Shown here one piece after another: positions 12,001-24,000 of a stretch of DNA of 64,000 nt. Source of the stretch: Amphiscolops sp. MND2022 (taxonomy: Eukaryota); assembly GCA_964187785.1 (NCBI GenBank), contig OZ076412.1:42656001-42720000 (forward strand), given 5' to 3'. The notes beneath the pieces are model-generated. The model was not told the DNA's origin and searched no databases. It saw nothing but the letters and a program-made list of their open reading frames with translations. Every line of letters starts with the position of its first letter. Position 1 is the first letter of the stretch. Position numbers and translations under genes: made by a program.

Positions 12001-15000
12001 CTTTTAGTTTTATCTTTACTTCCAGTCCATTTACTGTATGGTTTTCGGTGAAAAGTTTCTTGAATTTCGTTTTCAATGATGTTATGTCTGGGTCTTCTTT
12101 TATTTGTTGTATTTGTGGGACGGTTTTGTCCGTCTCCAGCGTTATTCCCAGCTTTTTCATCCAGTCTAGCCCCAGTAATGGGTTGGTTCTTTTAGTGGTC
12201 ACTAATATTTCGAGTTCTTTTTGTTTTCCGTCAATTTCCACTTTGGCTATCGTTTTTCCTTCGAATTGTATCCGGTTGTTATTTACATCCCTGTACTCCG
12301 TTTTTAGTGGGTGTAATTTTGTGATGTTGTTAAATAGTGATTTTGGTATTATTGTTACCGGTGATCCGCTGTCAATGATAAATTTGATTGGTCGGTTATT
12401 GACCAGTGCGGTGATTGTGAAGAAGTCCGGTCCGTTGCTGTTTATTGATCGTGTTGAATGGATCTTTTGTTTCACTGAATGGATTGTGTTCGGTGTCCAA
12501 TCGTCTTCATTCGCGCTACTTGTCTCTTCCTCCAATATATGGTTCACTCTTTTATTTGTGCGGCAACATTTGGCGAAGTGGCCTATTTTTCCGCATTTTG
12601 CACACTTCTTTCCTCGGGCTGGGCATTCGTGTTGTCTTGACCAGTTTGGTGCTCCGCAACGGTTGCAATCGACTTTTTTGAATTTTGTCGGTTTTTCCGG
12701 CTCTTTTGTTGGTTTTATTTTACGTTTATTCAAGTAGCGTATTTTCTTCTCTTCTTCTGTTTCGGGTGAGTCGTTTAATTTGTCGTAAGTGTATTCTAGT
12801 ATCGCGTCAGTTATTGCTTCTACCGACATGTCGCTCTTTCTGATTTTTTTCTTTAGGTCGTAGTCTCCGGTTGATTTTCCGATGACTGACAAAAATTTTG
12901 ATGCTAGAAGTTCTGCCGCGGTTATTGTTTCAAATTCGCAGTTTTTTTCAATTTCTAGTATTCGTTTCCACACGTCTGCTGCGGATTCACCGTCTTCTCG
13001 TTTTAGATCGAAGAAATCGGCTCTACTATGTTGTACGTTCCTTTCCGGTGTGAAGTGTAGTCGGAAAAGTGTGTAAAGTTTATACAATGGTAGTGAGCTC
13101 GGTTCTCTTTCTCTGATTGTTTTTGTCATTTCCGTGATAGCATTTTGTCCAATTGCCCAGATGAAAATGTCTTTAATTTCCGTTTCGAGTTGGTCACGGT
13201 ATTGTGTCAGTATCTCTTTGTTATTTGTCATGGTTGATAGGTCTATTTCTTTCGTCATTTTTATGTATTGGACGAATTTTCTCCACCACAAGTTTGCACT
13301 GGTGTGATCGTATTTCTCCAATGTTGGAATGGTCAATTTCTGAGTGCAGGTCCGGTCAGCCGTCCTGTTCATTGTATCGTTCGGCAGTGTTTGGTTGTTT
13401 TGCCGTGTACCCGATGAAGACAGTGTGTTGTTTCCATCTCTTGGGTTTTCTTCCGTGTTTTCATCCATATCTTCTTTCTGGATGTTTTGTTTTTGTGTTA
13501 TTCAGCTTTTTGTTCTAAGCTGACTGCGCCATGTTGTAACTCTCTTCTATAACTAGGAATAGCATGTACAATTCAAACTTTATTCTATCTTGTTCTGAGA
13601 CTTTATGATAGTTCATCATCTGCATACAATAGGCAGGTACTTGATAAAAAGAACAACAGTATGTAATCATATAAATACAGACTAATTAGCATGTATGTAA
13701 AGAGTCTGAGTCTTCTACTACAAAGCTAGAGAAGAATACCGTGTTCAAAACTCAAGAGGGCTGAGTATTCAGACATTGATTCTGCAACAACGTCGGTCGA
13801 ATGACCTAGTCACTACATCATGACTTCAACATGAGAGCTTACTTTTTGAACACTTCTTGATTCAATTTATTGATCTTTTGACTGGAAACTTCATTTTTCT
13901 CCGAATAAAAGCTGGCAAAGTTGCATAAATATTTCTGTTTTTCAGTTTTCTAGATCTTCATGCCCACAGACACTGTCAAAAAGAGTGTAGAAGTTGCATG
14001 AAAAGTCGATTGTTTTGTATTTAAACTCTGTGATTTGTTATACACACGGAAACAGGACAAAATGTGCAAATTAAGGTTCAAAATGGAAAAATCTGACCCT
14101 TTTAGTTCATTTCAAGTGTATCTTTGGAAAAAAACCGACTTTTCACTCGAAAAGTATGCAAAGTAATCAAAATTTAGATTGTTGAACTCTGTGGATATCC
14201 ATAGCTTCAAAAACTTTTTTCATTGCAAAAGCAAAAAAAGTCGAAAATCGGAAACTTTGGTGTTTTTAGCCCTTTTTCAGCTGTTTTGTTGATTTCGAAA
14301 AACGTTTCTCTCTTTAAAAATTATGCTGAAAAATAATTGTTTGAACTTCCCATTCTTTGAATTATCATACCCACAATAAAAATCAAAAATTTCCAAAAAG
14401 TTAATTTGGGCTAAATTGGAGAAAAGGTAGTTTTTGTATTGGCATGTAGAGGATTTTTTGGAACGAAGGCGTCCTGGTTGGCAAATTTATTCATCGTTAA
14501 AGTTTGTGGATGTTCAAACTTTTCAAAACCTTGAAAAACTGTACAATTTAGTCAATTTTCATCAACATATCCATGACTGGATCGTTTTTAATCAATGTTT
14601 TTTCGAAGTTTCGCAATTAGAATTTCAGATACTGATGTGTTCAAACATGAAATTATGTGAGCTTGTAATGAAATTTTGATAGTGTTTCGACAACTAAAGA
14701 CAGGGGTGTTCAATATTTGATTCGATTATTATTGCCTAAAAATAAATTATTTTATTTTCAGTGTAGAGAAATAAATAATTTCATTATTTTTTTGCTAAAA
14801 TAAATATTTTTATTCTCAGCGAAAAACATATATCAACAAAAAGCTAAATTAGCCATCCATAATCAGGTCAAAACACGAGGACAGGACTTTTTTAATGGAC
14901 TCTTTGACCTTTTGAGTCAGTAGCCCAGGGTACTTGACAAAGGCATTTCTAAAAATTAGCTCAAGATTTCTGTATTTTCGAATTTAATTGGCTGACGATA

Positions 15001-18000
15001 TGTTGAATTAAACGCTCTCAGGTTCAGTTACCTCAAGAATAACTATTGTTTCAACAGATCCAAAAATAATTATTTTTATTCGTTTGAGTGTAAAAATAAA
15101 TTATTTTATTATATTTATTATAATTATTCTTACCCATAATTATTTATTGAACACTCCTGACTGAAGATATATGTATAAATGTCTGGAATGGAAATGGTTA
15201 TGATGATGGAATTACTATTTCTACCAGTGACTCTATGCATGTATTTCATTTACCAAAGAAGGGTTTTTTGTTCAATTTCTTTGACTCTTTCGGGGGCGGA
15301 TCTTTTTGGATTTTGAAAAGGTCTAAAGAGTAAAATCAATTGATCATCTGGTTAAAAATTAGATAATAATGTAATTATATGGCATAGTTTTTAATCTCGC
15401 CTAAATTCCTAATTTTCAAACTTGTGATGGACTCACAGAGAAATCAATCAGCCCGAACAGTTCGACTAACACCTCCCCAGCAAGAATACTTTAGAAAACT
15501 CAAAATGATTAGTTGTTATCAACGGAATTCTATATTCTTCCGAAAATCTTCATAATAAAACGGATTGCATTTAAGTTTTTGGATCTTTATAGTCTTTCTC
15601 ATTTACTAGGAAGATGTATGGAATCTCTGAAATAAAAGAATATTCGAAGAACCCTTCAATATTGTATAATTTTTCAACTCACCCAAAATGTTGCCACTTT
15701 TCGTTCGCATGAACAGCTTGCCTGTTTCAGGATCCACAAAAATTTCACAATCATCAGAAAGTTCTGAAATGGAAATCAATTTGGTGAACATTTTTGTTGA
15801 ATATTCATGCTAAGGAATATAAATGTGATTTTTTTGCAAAAAAATGCAAGGAAATTATTCGATGTCATTCAAAAATCAAGGTTTCAAACTTTTTACAAGC
15901 GGTAAAACGTACCATGCAGTCTCCCGGACTTAGTTCTGACGTAACTCTTTCCTGTGGTGGGGTCAATGAAGACACTGCCGTCAGACACTAGCTCTTGTAG
16001 CTCCCCACACGCAGTTCTCAAATACATTTTCCCGGTGGCAGGATCAGTTAACACTGTGATGTCCCCTTCTGCCCCTGAACAAACGTGAACAACAATGAGC
16101 AACCAAAGTAGATTTGACTAATTTACCAATTTACTAATAATTCAAGTTAATTAGTTCTCGAGATACGGAAAAACTTCATTGCACGTTGCCCTTCAATCCA
16201 AGAGTTTCGAAGAGTTTTCAAAACCAAGCAAAACCCGGGCACATTGAATTATATCGATGAACTTTTTATTTTAGCAACCGGGTTTTAAATTGACGCAATT
16301 GAATTTTCTTCGGATATCAGAATTCTCATAGTGTTTGCAATGGCGAAGAAAATATGGTAACATTCAATGCAAGTTTCTCAATCCAGAATAGTTCAACCGT
16401 ATGTGACAATCGTTTCCAATTATAGTAGAGACAGACCTTTCTGCATTACGTAAGTCTTCCCAGTTTTGGGATCGACGAACACGTCGACGTCTCCTTTTAT
16501 CTCCATCAGGCGCCCTGACTTTGTCTTCATGTACACTTTGCCCGTCAAAGGATCCTTGATAATTTCAGCATCCATCGGCATCTCTGAAACATACGCACGA
16601 CACGCTGGCTTGCTTGAAATATGACAAAACGGATCATTTCCACGACAGTTGTATTTTCCAAAATGTTTCACTAAAACCAAGAGCCAATAAAGTACTAATT
16701 TTCGTAATTGGAAAAAAACTTCGTAAATTTTGAATTCAAAAGCATACATTTTGTAATTTAATGTCAAAATCCCAGAAAATTGAGAGATAGAAAGCATCTT
16801 CAAAACAAAGAGAGATCTTCAAACATCTATCTACGATTGTTACTTCAAGTTTTGAGTATTTTTTTTCAAATGACGCAATGGGTAAAAACTTAACTTAAAA
16901 GCCTAAACTACCTTTCAGAGTTCCGGATTTGGTGCGTAGGTAAGTCTTGCCAGTGACTGGGTCCACGTATATTTCCATCTCTTCATCCATGGCCGCCTCC
17001 ACAATTCTGCCAGACTTGGTTCTGATGTACGTTATTCCTGTGTTGGGGTCGGTAAACACTCCTGATTGCTGTGCACCTGTGAAATTGAGGGAAAATGAAA
17101 TCAGAGCGCCTTGGTTTTGCCCATTGAAATGTAAAGCACTCTTCATAATGTTTAAATCGTTATATAAGTTTCCATGGAAAAACTTTCGACGAAGTAGAGG
17201 CGAAATTTGAATTAGTGAATTCTCACCAGCTTTTGGAGCCAGATACATTTTCCCAGTTTTTGGGTCAGTGTACATGACCATGTTCTCATCCACTTCCGAG
17301 ACAATTTTGCCACTTTTGGTCCTCAAGTAAACCTTTCCAGTGTTTGGATCGGTCCACATTTCCAAAATTTGGCCTGAAAAAAAAACGTTTAACCGTTAAA
17401 AAAGTCTACTTTAAGAAATTTTACACACAAGAAAATTAAAATTTGAATACTCAGTGAACTCACGTATGATTTATGCAACTTAGTGTTTTTGACGGAATGC
17501 TAAATTTTTGGCGATTGTCAGGCGAACGCAAGTTTTTTCTTCAGACTGTAGAAAATGCACAAGAAAGTGAAAGCACAAGTAAAGCCAAATACATAACTTT
17601 TTTCGTGGGTCTCGTGTTCCCCATTCTTTACTAAAGGACTTCGTGACCCGTACGTAGCAAATGGTACATGTATTAAAGTCTCAGTTTGAACTGGACATTC
17701 GTCAGACAATATTGTATTTTGAACTTTAATCAATAAATCCCCCTTTTCGGTCAGAAAGGGTTTCGGTCACGAACTTTTTCGTCAAACGGAGGTACCATTT
17801 CTGAAATATAACAGTTCGAAATGGATGTGCACTTTTTGATTGACAGCTCAATTGGGATTCATACTTCATTTCGAGATGCAGTTCATGGTTTGATTTTTCA
17901 TATTTGGTTTTTGGTTTGAGCGAATAATGATTCCTGGTTCACCTGTTGTATTACTAGCTGAATCAAAAAACGGAACGTTCAAAAATTTGCGTCTTCAAAA

Positions 18001-21000
18001 TTGTTTTATTTGTAAACAAGAAACTGAAAATCGTTCAATTTTTCTGTCAGTCATTTAGAATGAAGCTCCTGTTACGTAATCACATCTTCAACTACGGATG
18101 TATCGAACCTTCAGAAAAAGTGAAGACGTCTTGACCAGCCATTTCATTCTCACTTTCAATGTGAAAATTCATTCGCTTCGAAGAAAAGTTGCCAACTTGA
18201 ATGATTGACAGCAGCTTTCAAAGATGTTGTGAAACTTTTGTTGACAAATATTTGAAGCTTTGAGAGAGCGAAAATTTTTATACGTTCCATTTTTTTGGTT
18301 CACCTAGTATGCTTTTACAGCTACATTGAAATTTGAGTCTTTTAAAGCCTCCAAAACTCTACTAGGTGAATAGAAAAAGGAACGCACAAAACTTTGCGTC
18401 TTCAAAATGGCTTTATTTGTAAACAAGACACTGCAACCCTTTCACATTTCCTGTCAATCAATCATAATCAAGCTCATGTTACGTTCAAGAAGGATCGTTT
18501 GAACTATCGGAAAAAGTCTAGACGTCTGTACCAGTCATCAGGTTCTCGCTGTTGGTGGAAGCTCTTTTGCTTCTGAGAAAAGGAGATTGGTAGCAACATT
18601 TAAAGTTGTTTTCAAACGTTTGTTGACAAATATTTGAAATTTTGAGAGCTCGAAAATTTTCAAGAGTTCCTTTTTTTGGTTCACTTAGTATGAACAAATT
18701 TTTTCTTATCTTTAGAAAAATGCAAAACAGTGAGTGCCTGGGTCTGCCTCAGGTGAGAAAATTTTTACTGGTGATTAATTTATTCACAGTTATTCTCACA
18801 ACTCCAGTCACGGTACTGTCCGTTGTTCTCCTATTACGTCACGATGACCAGGTGCGCGAGGGATACCTTATAAGGAAAAACTACGCAACCTATGCCAGCA
18901 TTATATTGGCTGGGTCTTCACTCATAACGATGATGACTGGGCTCATAGGAGAGTTTGCTATTTGGAAGTCAAATACCAAAGGTGAGAGAAAATGAGAAAA
19001 AGAAAAGATCTCCTGTGTAAAATAAACCATTAAATTTTTCCTCTCAGCGTCAAAAAATATCTCCTAAATGTGCTGTGAACCAATCAAACGAAATGAAATA
19101 ACACCCAAAATTTGGTTTCCAATATGGAAAAATACATTTATGTCACAGATTTTTGACCAAGTTGAAACAAAAATCAAACCTACAAATCCGATTGCGAATC
19201 AAATGCCAATCCAATTTCTCGAATTCAGAAACACCTTTGCTTCACTCGAAATTTCTAAAGTGTCCACTTGAAATCAATCTGTGCATTTTTAAAACAGGTA
19301 CAGTTATATACATGTGGACTTCTCTGGGACTGATTACAACGCAGATGGTAGTGATTGGGTGTATCTTTGTGTGGAAGGACCACCTGTACGAGATAATCAA
19401 GATAGACTTGGATGGAAGTCTGGAGTACTACCATAGGGAGCCGTTGGTCAGACAACACTGGGACCATCTGCAGAGCAACCTCCAATGTTGTGGACACGAG
19501 GGTCCCCGTACGTGGCAGAGGATTTTCATGAACGAGACATTTTCTGCTGAAGCCGACGGTCCGCAAGCGCTCATATCTTGAAATGAAATGATTGATATTT
19601 CATCAAATTTTTTAAAAGCTCCTGGCTTTCAATCAAAGTTTTAACGAGAGATATCTAGACAAATATTAGGCAACAAAAAGTAGCAAAAACGTCACTGCTT
19701 GACGGACTTGGAGATCGTTTCTCTCTGAAAGTTTCTGCTCAATTCCTTTGAAAGAAATCAAGTCGGCTTCTGGAGAGTTCACATTTTAATTATTCCAAAA
19801 TACGTTTTTTCCCCAATCAATCTTCTCAGTTTTCCACAATTCAAGCCTATTTTCATTTTATTATTTTCCGCCCATATTTCATATGGGAAAGGAAAATATT
19901 TAAATCAAACGGGTTTTTTTTTTTTTTACAAAATTTGCCAAGATTTTATTTATATTTAAATTTAAGGGTGTTACCCATAGAATTCAACCCACATAAATTT
20001 AGCTTCGTGCGATATGTATTTGTAGAGATTTTTGAAGTTTTTTTAAAAAATGACGAAAATGACCCCTTAATGACAAAATGACCCCTTAATGACAAAATGA
20101 CCCCGAAAATGACAAAAATTCCCAAATTTCTCATTTTTAAACATTTTTATGCAATTTTTGCCATTTTTTGAGACACCGCGAATTAGAAAAATGGACAAGA
20201 TGAATCGAAGCTTTCTTTTCTTCGAACTTCTCAGCGTTTTTATAGTGCATTAGTTATTCTTGAGCCTCAAATTTATGTAGTTGTAGAACAGTTCGGGGCG
20301 GAAAATATCCCGCTCCTCAGCGGGTGTCTTGTTATATGTTTAGATTGAATGAAGTGAACCATTTTGGTTGAAATTTAGGTTTCTGCAAAAAGTTTGAAAC
20401 TGTTTAGAAAAAAATTTTAGAGAGCTTCTTACTGAACGAATTTCTTTTTGGCTCGTAGAGAAAATTTTTGGCGAGTCATCAGTTGCCAAGAAAACATGAC
20501 TCGGGAGTTTGCAAAAGTTTCTTGATCTAGTTTTGTAGTTGAGTTCTGTGGAAATCCATTTTTCGAATACTGAATCAGACTACATTTTTCCCGATACTTC
20601 ACAATCTAAATTACAATGTCTTCCAATTTGAAATTGATTTTCATGTTATAAAACAATAAACACTGATCACCAGTATTTTCCAAATGGGTGCTTTTTGGTT
20701 TATGGATCTCAACTATCACGCTTATGATGGTCACGAAATCTTGTCAGTTGTGAGTCATGCTGATCCAATGCTTACTCTTGTCCCTAAGTCATGTTCAGAC
20801 AGACCAAAACTCTTTGTGACAGTTAACTGCCCCATTTTGTCTGTTACGGAGACCTCCTTCTCTATTTACAATGATACTTCTACTACTCTGGAGGTCGATG
20901 ATGACTTCCAATACACTGCAGAGTGCCTGAAACTAGATCTTAATCACTTTTTGTTATCCCACATCCATTCGAAAGGTAACACCAAATCCAATCTTTAATT

Positions 21001-24000
21001 CTTTCCCCAATCTTGTATTTTGAAAACGTATGGAATGTTTGAAATGGCAAAGGTTGTTAGGCGTCTTTTTGTAATGCACTAATAATCTTCCCTTTTTGTC
21101 AATCAATGGAACACATGCTAGAATAATGCAACATTTCTTGCCAGATGTCAAAAAACAACAAAAATGTCACTAGAGTATGCATTTCAAGGACATGTCTTTC
21201 TAGGGCATGCATTTCTAGGACAACTATGCATATAGTAGTTAGTTAATTGTTATATTAAAAAATAACTTTGGGAGAAAAGGTCATAACTTCTGACAGACAT
21301 TCAAACTTCTTCACCTACTTTTCACCTAGAAACGGTGTAATCGGTACATCCATCCAGACGTTGGTGCCATGCTTCTCTTGAAAAAAGTTAAAAGATTCAT
21401 TATTATTTTTTAAATTTTCAACTATTTCCACTATCTTCATTCTATTTGTCGACTTTTCGCTGTAAAAATTTTCATTTCATTTACCAAAAACTGGCTTCAA
21501 AGTCACTCGATGATCATTATCTAGCAAAGGAGCTCCCTTCTTGTGGGCGAAAACTTTTGGGTTTTTGCTTATTTCTTTGGCAAAACAATCTTTTTCTTGA
21601 CAGGTTGCGTGGAAGCAGTCAGTGAATATCTCATCGACCACGTGACAATCATAGCCTACGCTGGCATCGCTTTCATAGCTGCACAGATGCTGGCCATCTT
21701 TCTTGCCTTCAAATTTCGTCACTTGGCTACGCAAGTTGGGCTCAATTCTGACATCTGAAGCCACCGAGATGTGAAGCTCTGTTTAGATGTTCACTGTAAG
21801 ATGATTTTGAGATCCCATCTCAATTTTGATTGCTTCGTTCAGACTTGAAATGGATTCCGTATGAACCTTCCGGGGGTCTTATTTTAATGGAACGATTCAA
21901 TTTGCAACGCAAGTAGATGTTGGACAACTAGGTATAAATCACATTTGCAGCTTTGAGTGCACAAACTATCGTGTGATTATATTGGTTGATGGAAAAATCA
22001 AGTCTCTGCATTTTACGATCTTTTTAAAAGTTAGTAAGCATTTCAGTTGATTGTTGTCATAACTCAACAAATGTTGAACAATTGTTGTGAATTGTTAGAT
22101 TTCTTTACCAAATTAGTTTCTGAATAATTCTCTTTGGGTTTGGAAAAGCTTTAATATTGCTTTCAAAAAAGCTTACTGGCTGTTTTCAAGAGAATTCTGT
22201 CACACTGTCAAAAAATAACCCGAAAATTTTTTAAAAATACTTTGGTGAAATGAAACATTTACCGAAGAAGTCGCACATGTCCGATAATACCCAAAATGGT
22301 GAACCCATCTGGCCTAAAAATGCTTTTTAAACACAAAAATCAAAACTAAAGAAAGGAACTCCTTTGCGAATGTTTTTTTTGGAAACAAGACGCCCGCTGA
22401 GCAGCGGGATATTTTCCGCCCCGAACTGTTTTACAACTACATAAGTTTGAGGCTCAAGAATAAGCCAATGCACTATAAAAATGCCAATAAGTTCGAAGAA
22501 AAGAAAACTTTGATTCATCGTACCCCATTTTAAAGGAAACCCCTAATTTATCATTTCAGAGAGCTGGCCACTTTTAGTTTTTTTCGGCACTATGCGACTT
22601 ACCGAGAAAAAAGAAAGTTTTCAATAAATTTCTTGGAAATAATTTTTTAGAAACAATTTTCAAAATTTTTAGTTTTCGAGTTTTTCTGTAAAGGAAACAA
22701 GTTTCCCGAGTCTTGAGGGTGACCTCTTTGTTACTTTTGATCACGTGGAACTGATGAGTTTTCTTCTTGATTGTGGGAAATACCTCATTTAAGTTTTTTT
22801 CGACTCTGTACCTTTTTCCGAAACTTTCATTTGGTCAAAGTGTACCCCTTGCTTTCATAGCACATTTCGGCTTGAGAAAAGCAGTTTCGCGAGCTGAAAC
22901 TCGTTTCGCCATAAATGGTAAATGGGAAAATGGTAAAAGCTTGAAATTAGGTCTGTTTCAAATTTAGGAAAGTTGAGCGATCCCGGTTTGTTATATTATT
23001 GTAAATTGTTTCACCAGAAGTGTCAAAAATTGCAAATAGTTTTGACAACTTTAGGGTCAATTTGAGGAACTTTTCGAACATGAATCTACAGATGTCTCTT
23101 CAAAAATAGGCCTACTGGACACCGAGTTTAGCTGTTGTTGAATGTTTACACCATTCTAACCCACGAGTAGCTCGAACCATCTTTCTTAGGAAGATGTACT
23201 CCATATCTAGTGAATTTGCTTGGAGGTTTTTGAATGACAAATATTGGACAAATGAGGTTGAAACTTACGTTTTCAAGTAAATTATTTGAAAGTTGTGCAA
23301 ATAAACTTGTCTAATATTTTTTCGGAACACTACCGGTACCTAGACGTTTCAATCCTGAGCCTATGATATTTCTGATTGAAGTAAGTTTTAGGAAAGTGTC
23401 CAAAATTGGGACTATATTGTCGAAAATAAAGAAAGTTCGGAAACTTTGACATCTTTGCTGTAAACTCAGTGAACTTCATGCCCATTTTTCCCACAATTGC
23501 GTTTTGAATACCTTATTGATTAAACGCTGAGGTCATTGAAATTTCTCTTCCTTAAAAAAACTTTCATGGCTTGAACAAAAATGGGATTAGTTTGTCAAAC
23601 ATTGTGCTTTTTTTGTTGTTTCATGGATTTTCGGGTGTTTTTGAGACCAATTCCAACAAAAAATGCAGTTATCTCTTGAAAATTGCCTACTGGAGATACC
23701 CGGATTAGTTAGTATTGAGTGTTTAAAACCATTTTATGCAAGGAAGTAGGTCAAAAAACAACAAAAAACTGCCTGAAAATGTAAAAAAAAACTTGAAAAT
23801 TTCCAGTTTTTCCAAATTATTCAGTTTTCCAAGGCTCACCGAAACAACAAGTTTGCCCACGCCTTAAGCGTTTAAACACTGTAGTCCACGAAGTCTATCG
23901 ATATTTTGACAAAAAGTGGAAAAAAAGGAATTTGATTATTTTTCGAAATTTTGTCTTTTTCGATCTCGATTCCGGACAATTTCCTATTGAAAAACTGTAT

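Larger units (their letters stand above)
7673..13722 (-). mobile_element. Full-length young Ty3/Gypsy LTR retrotransposon (Gypsy-1, Mag-like gag knuckles)
   Basis: 191-bp LTRs 7673-7863 and 13532-13722 differ at 1 position; TSD AAGCT (7668-7672, 13723-13727); PBS, PPT and gag-PR-RT-RH-IN order. Confidence 0.97.

Noticed and set aside
19946-20134. Identical 62-aa ORFs at 19946-20134 and 40512-40700
   Set aside because: Chance ORF inside twin HINE-A copies, not a duplicated gene.
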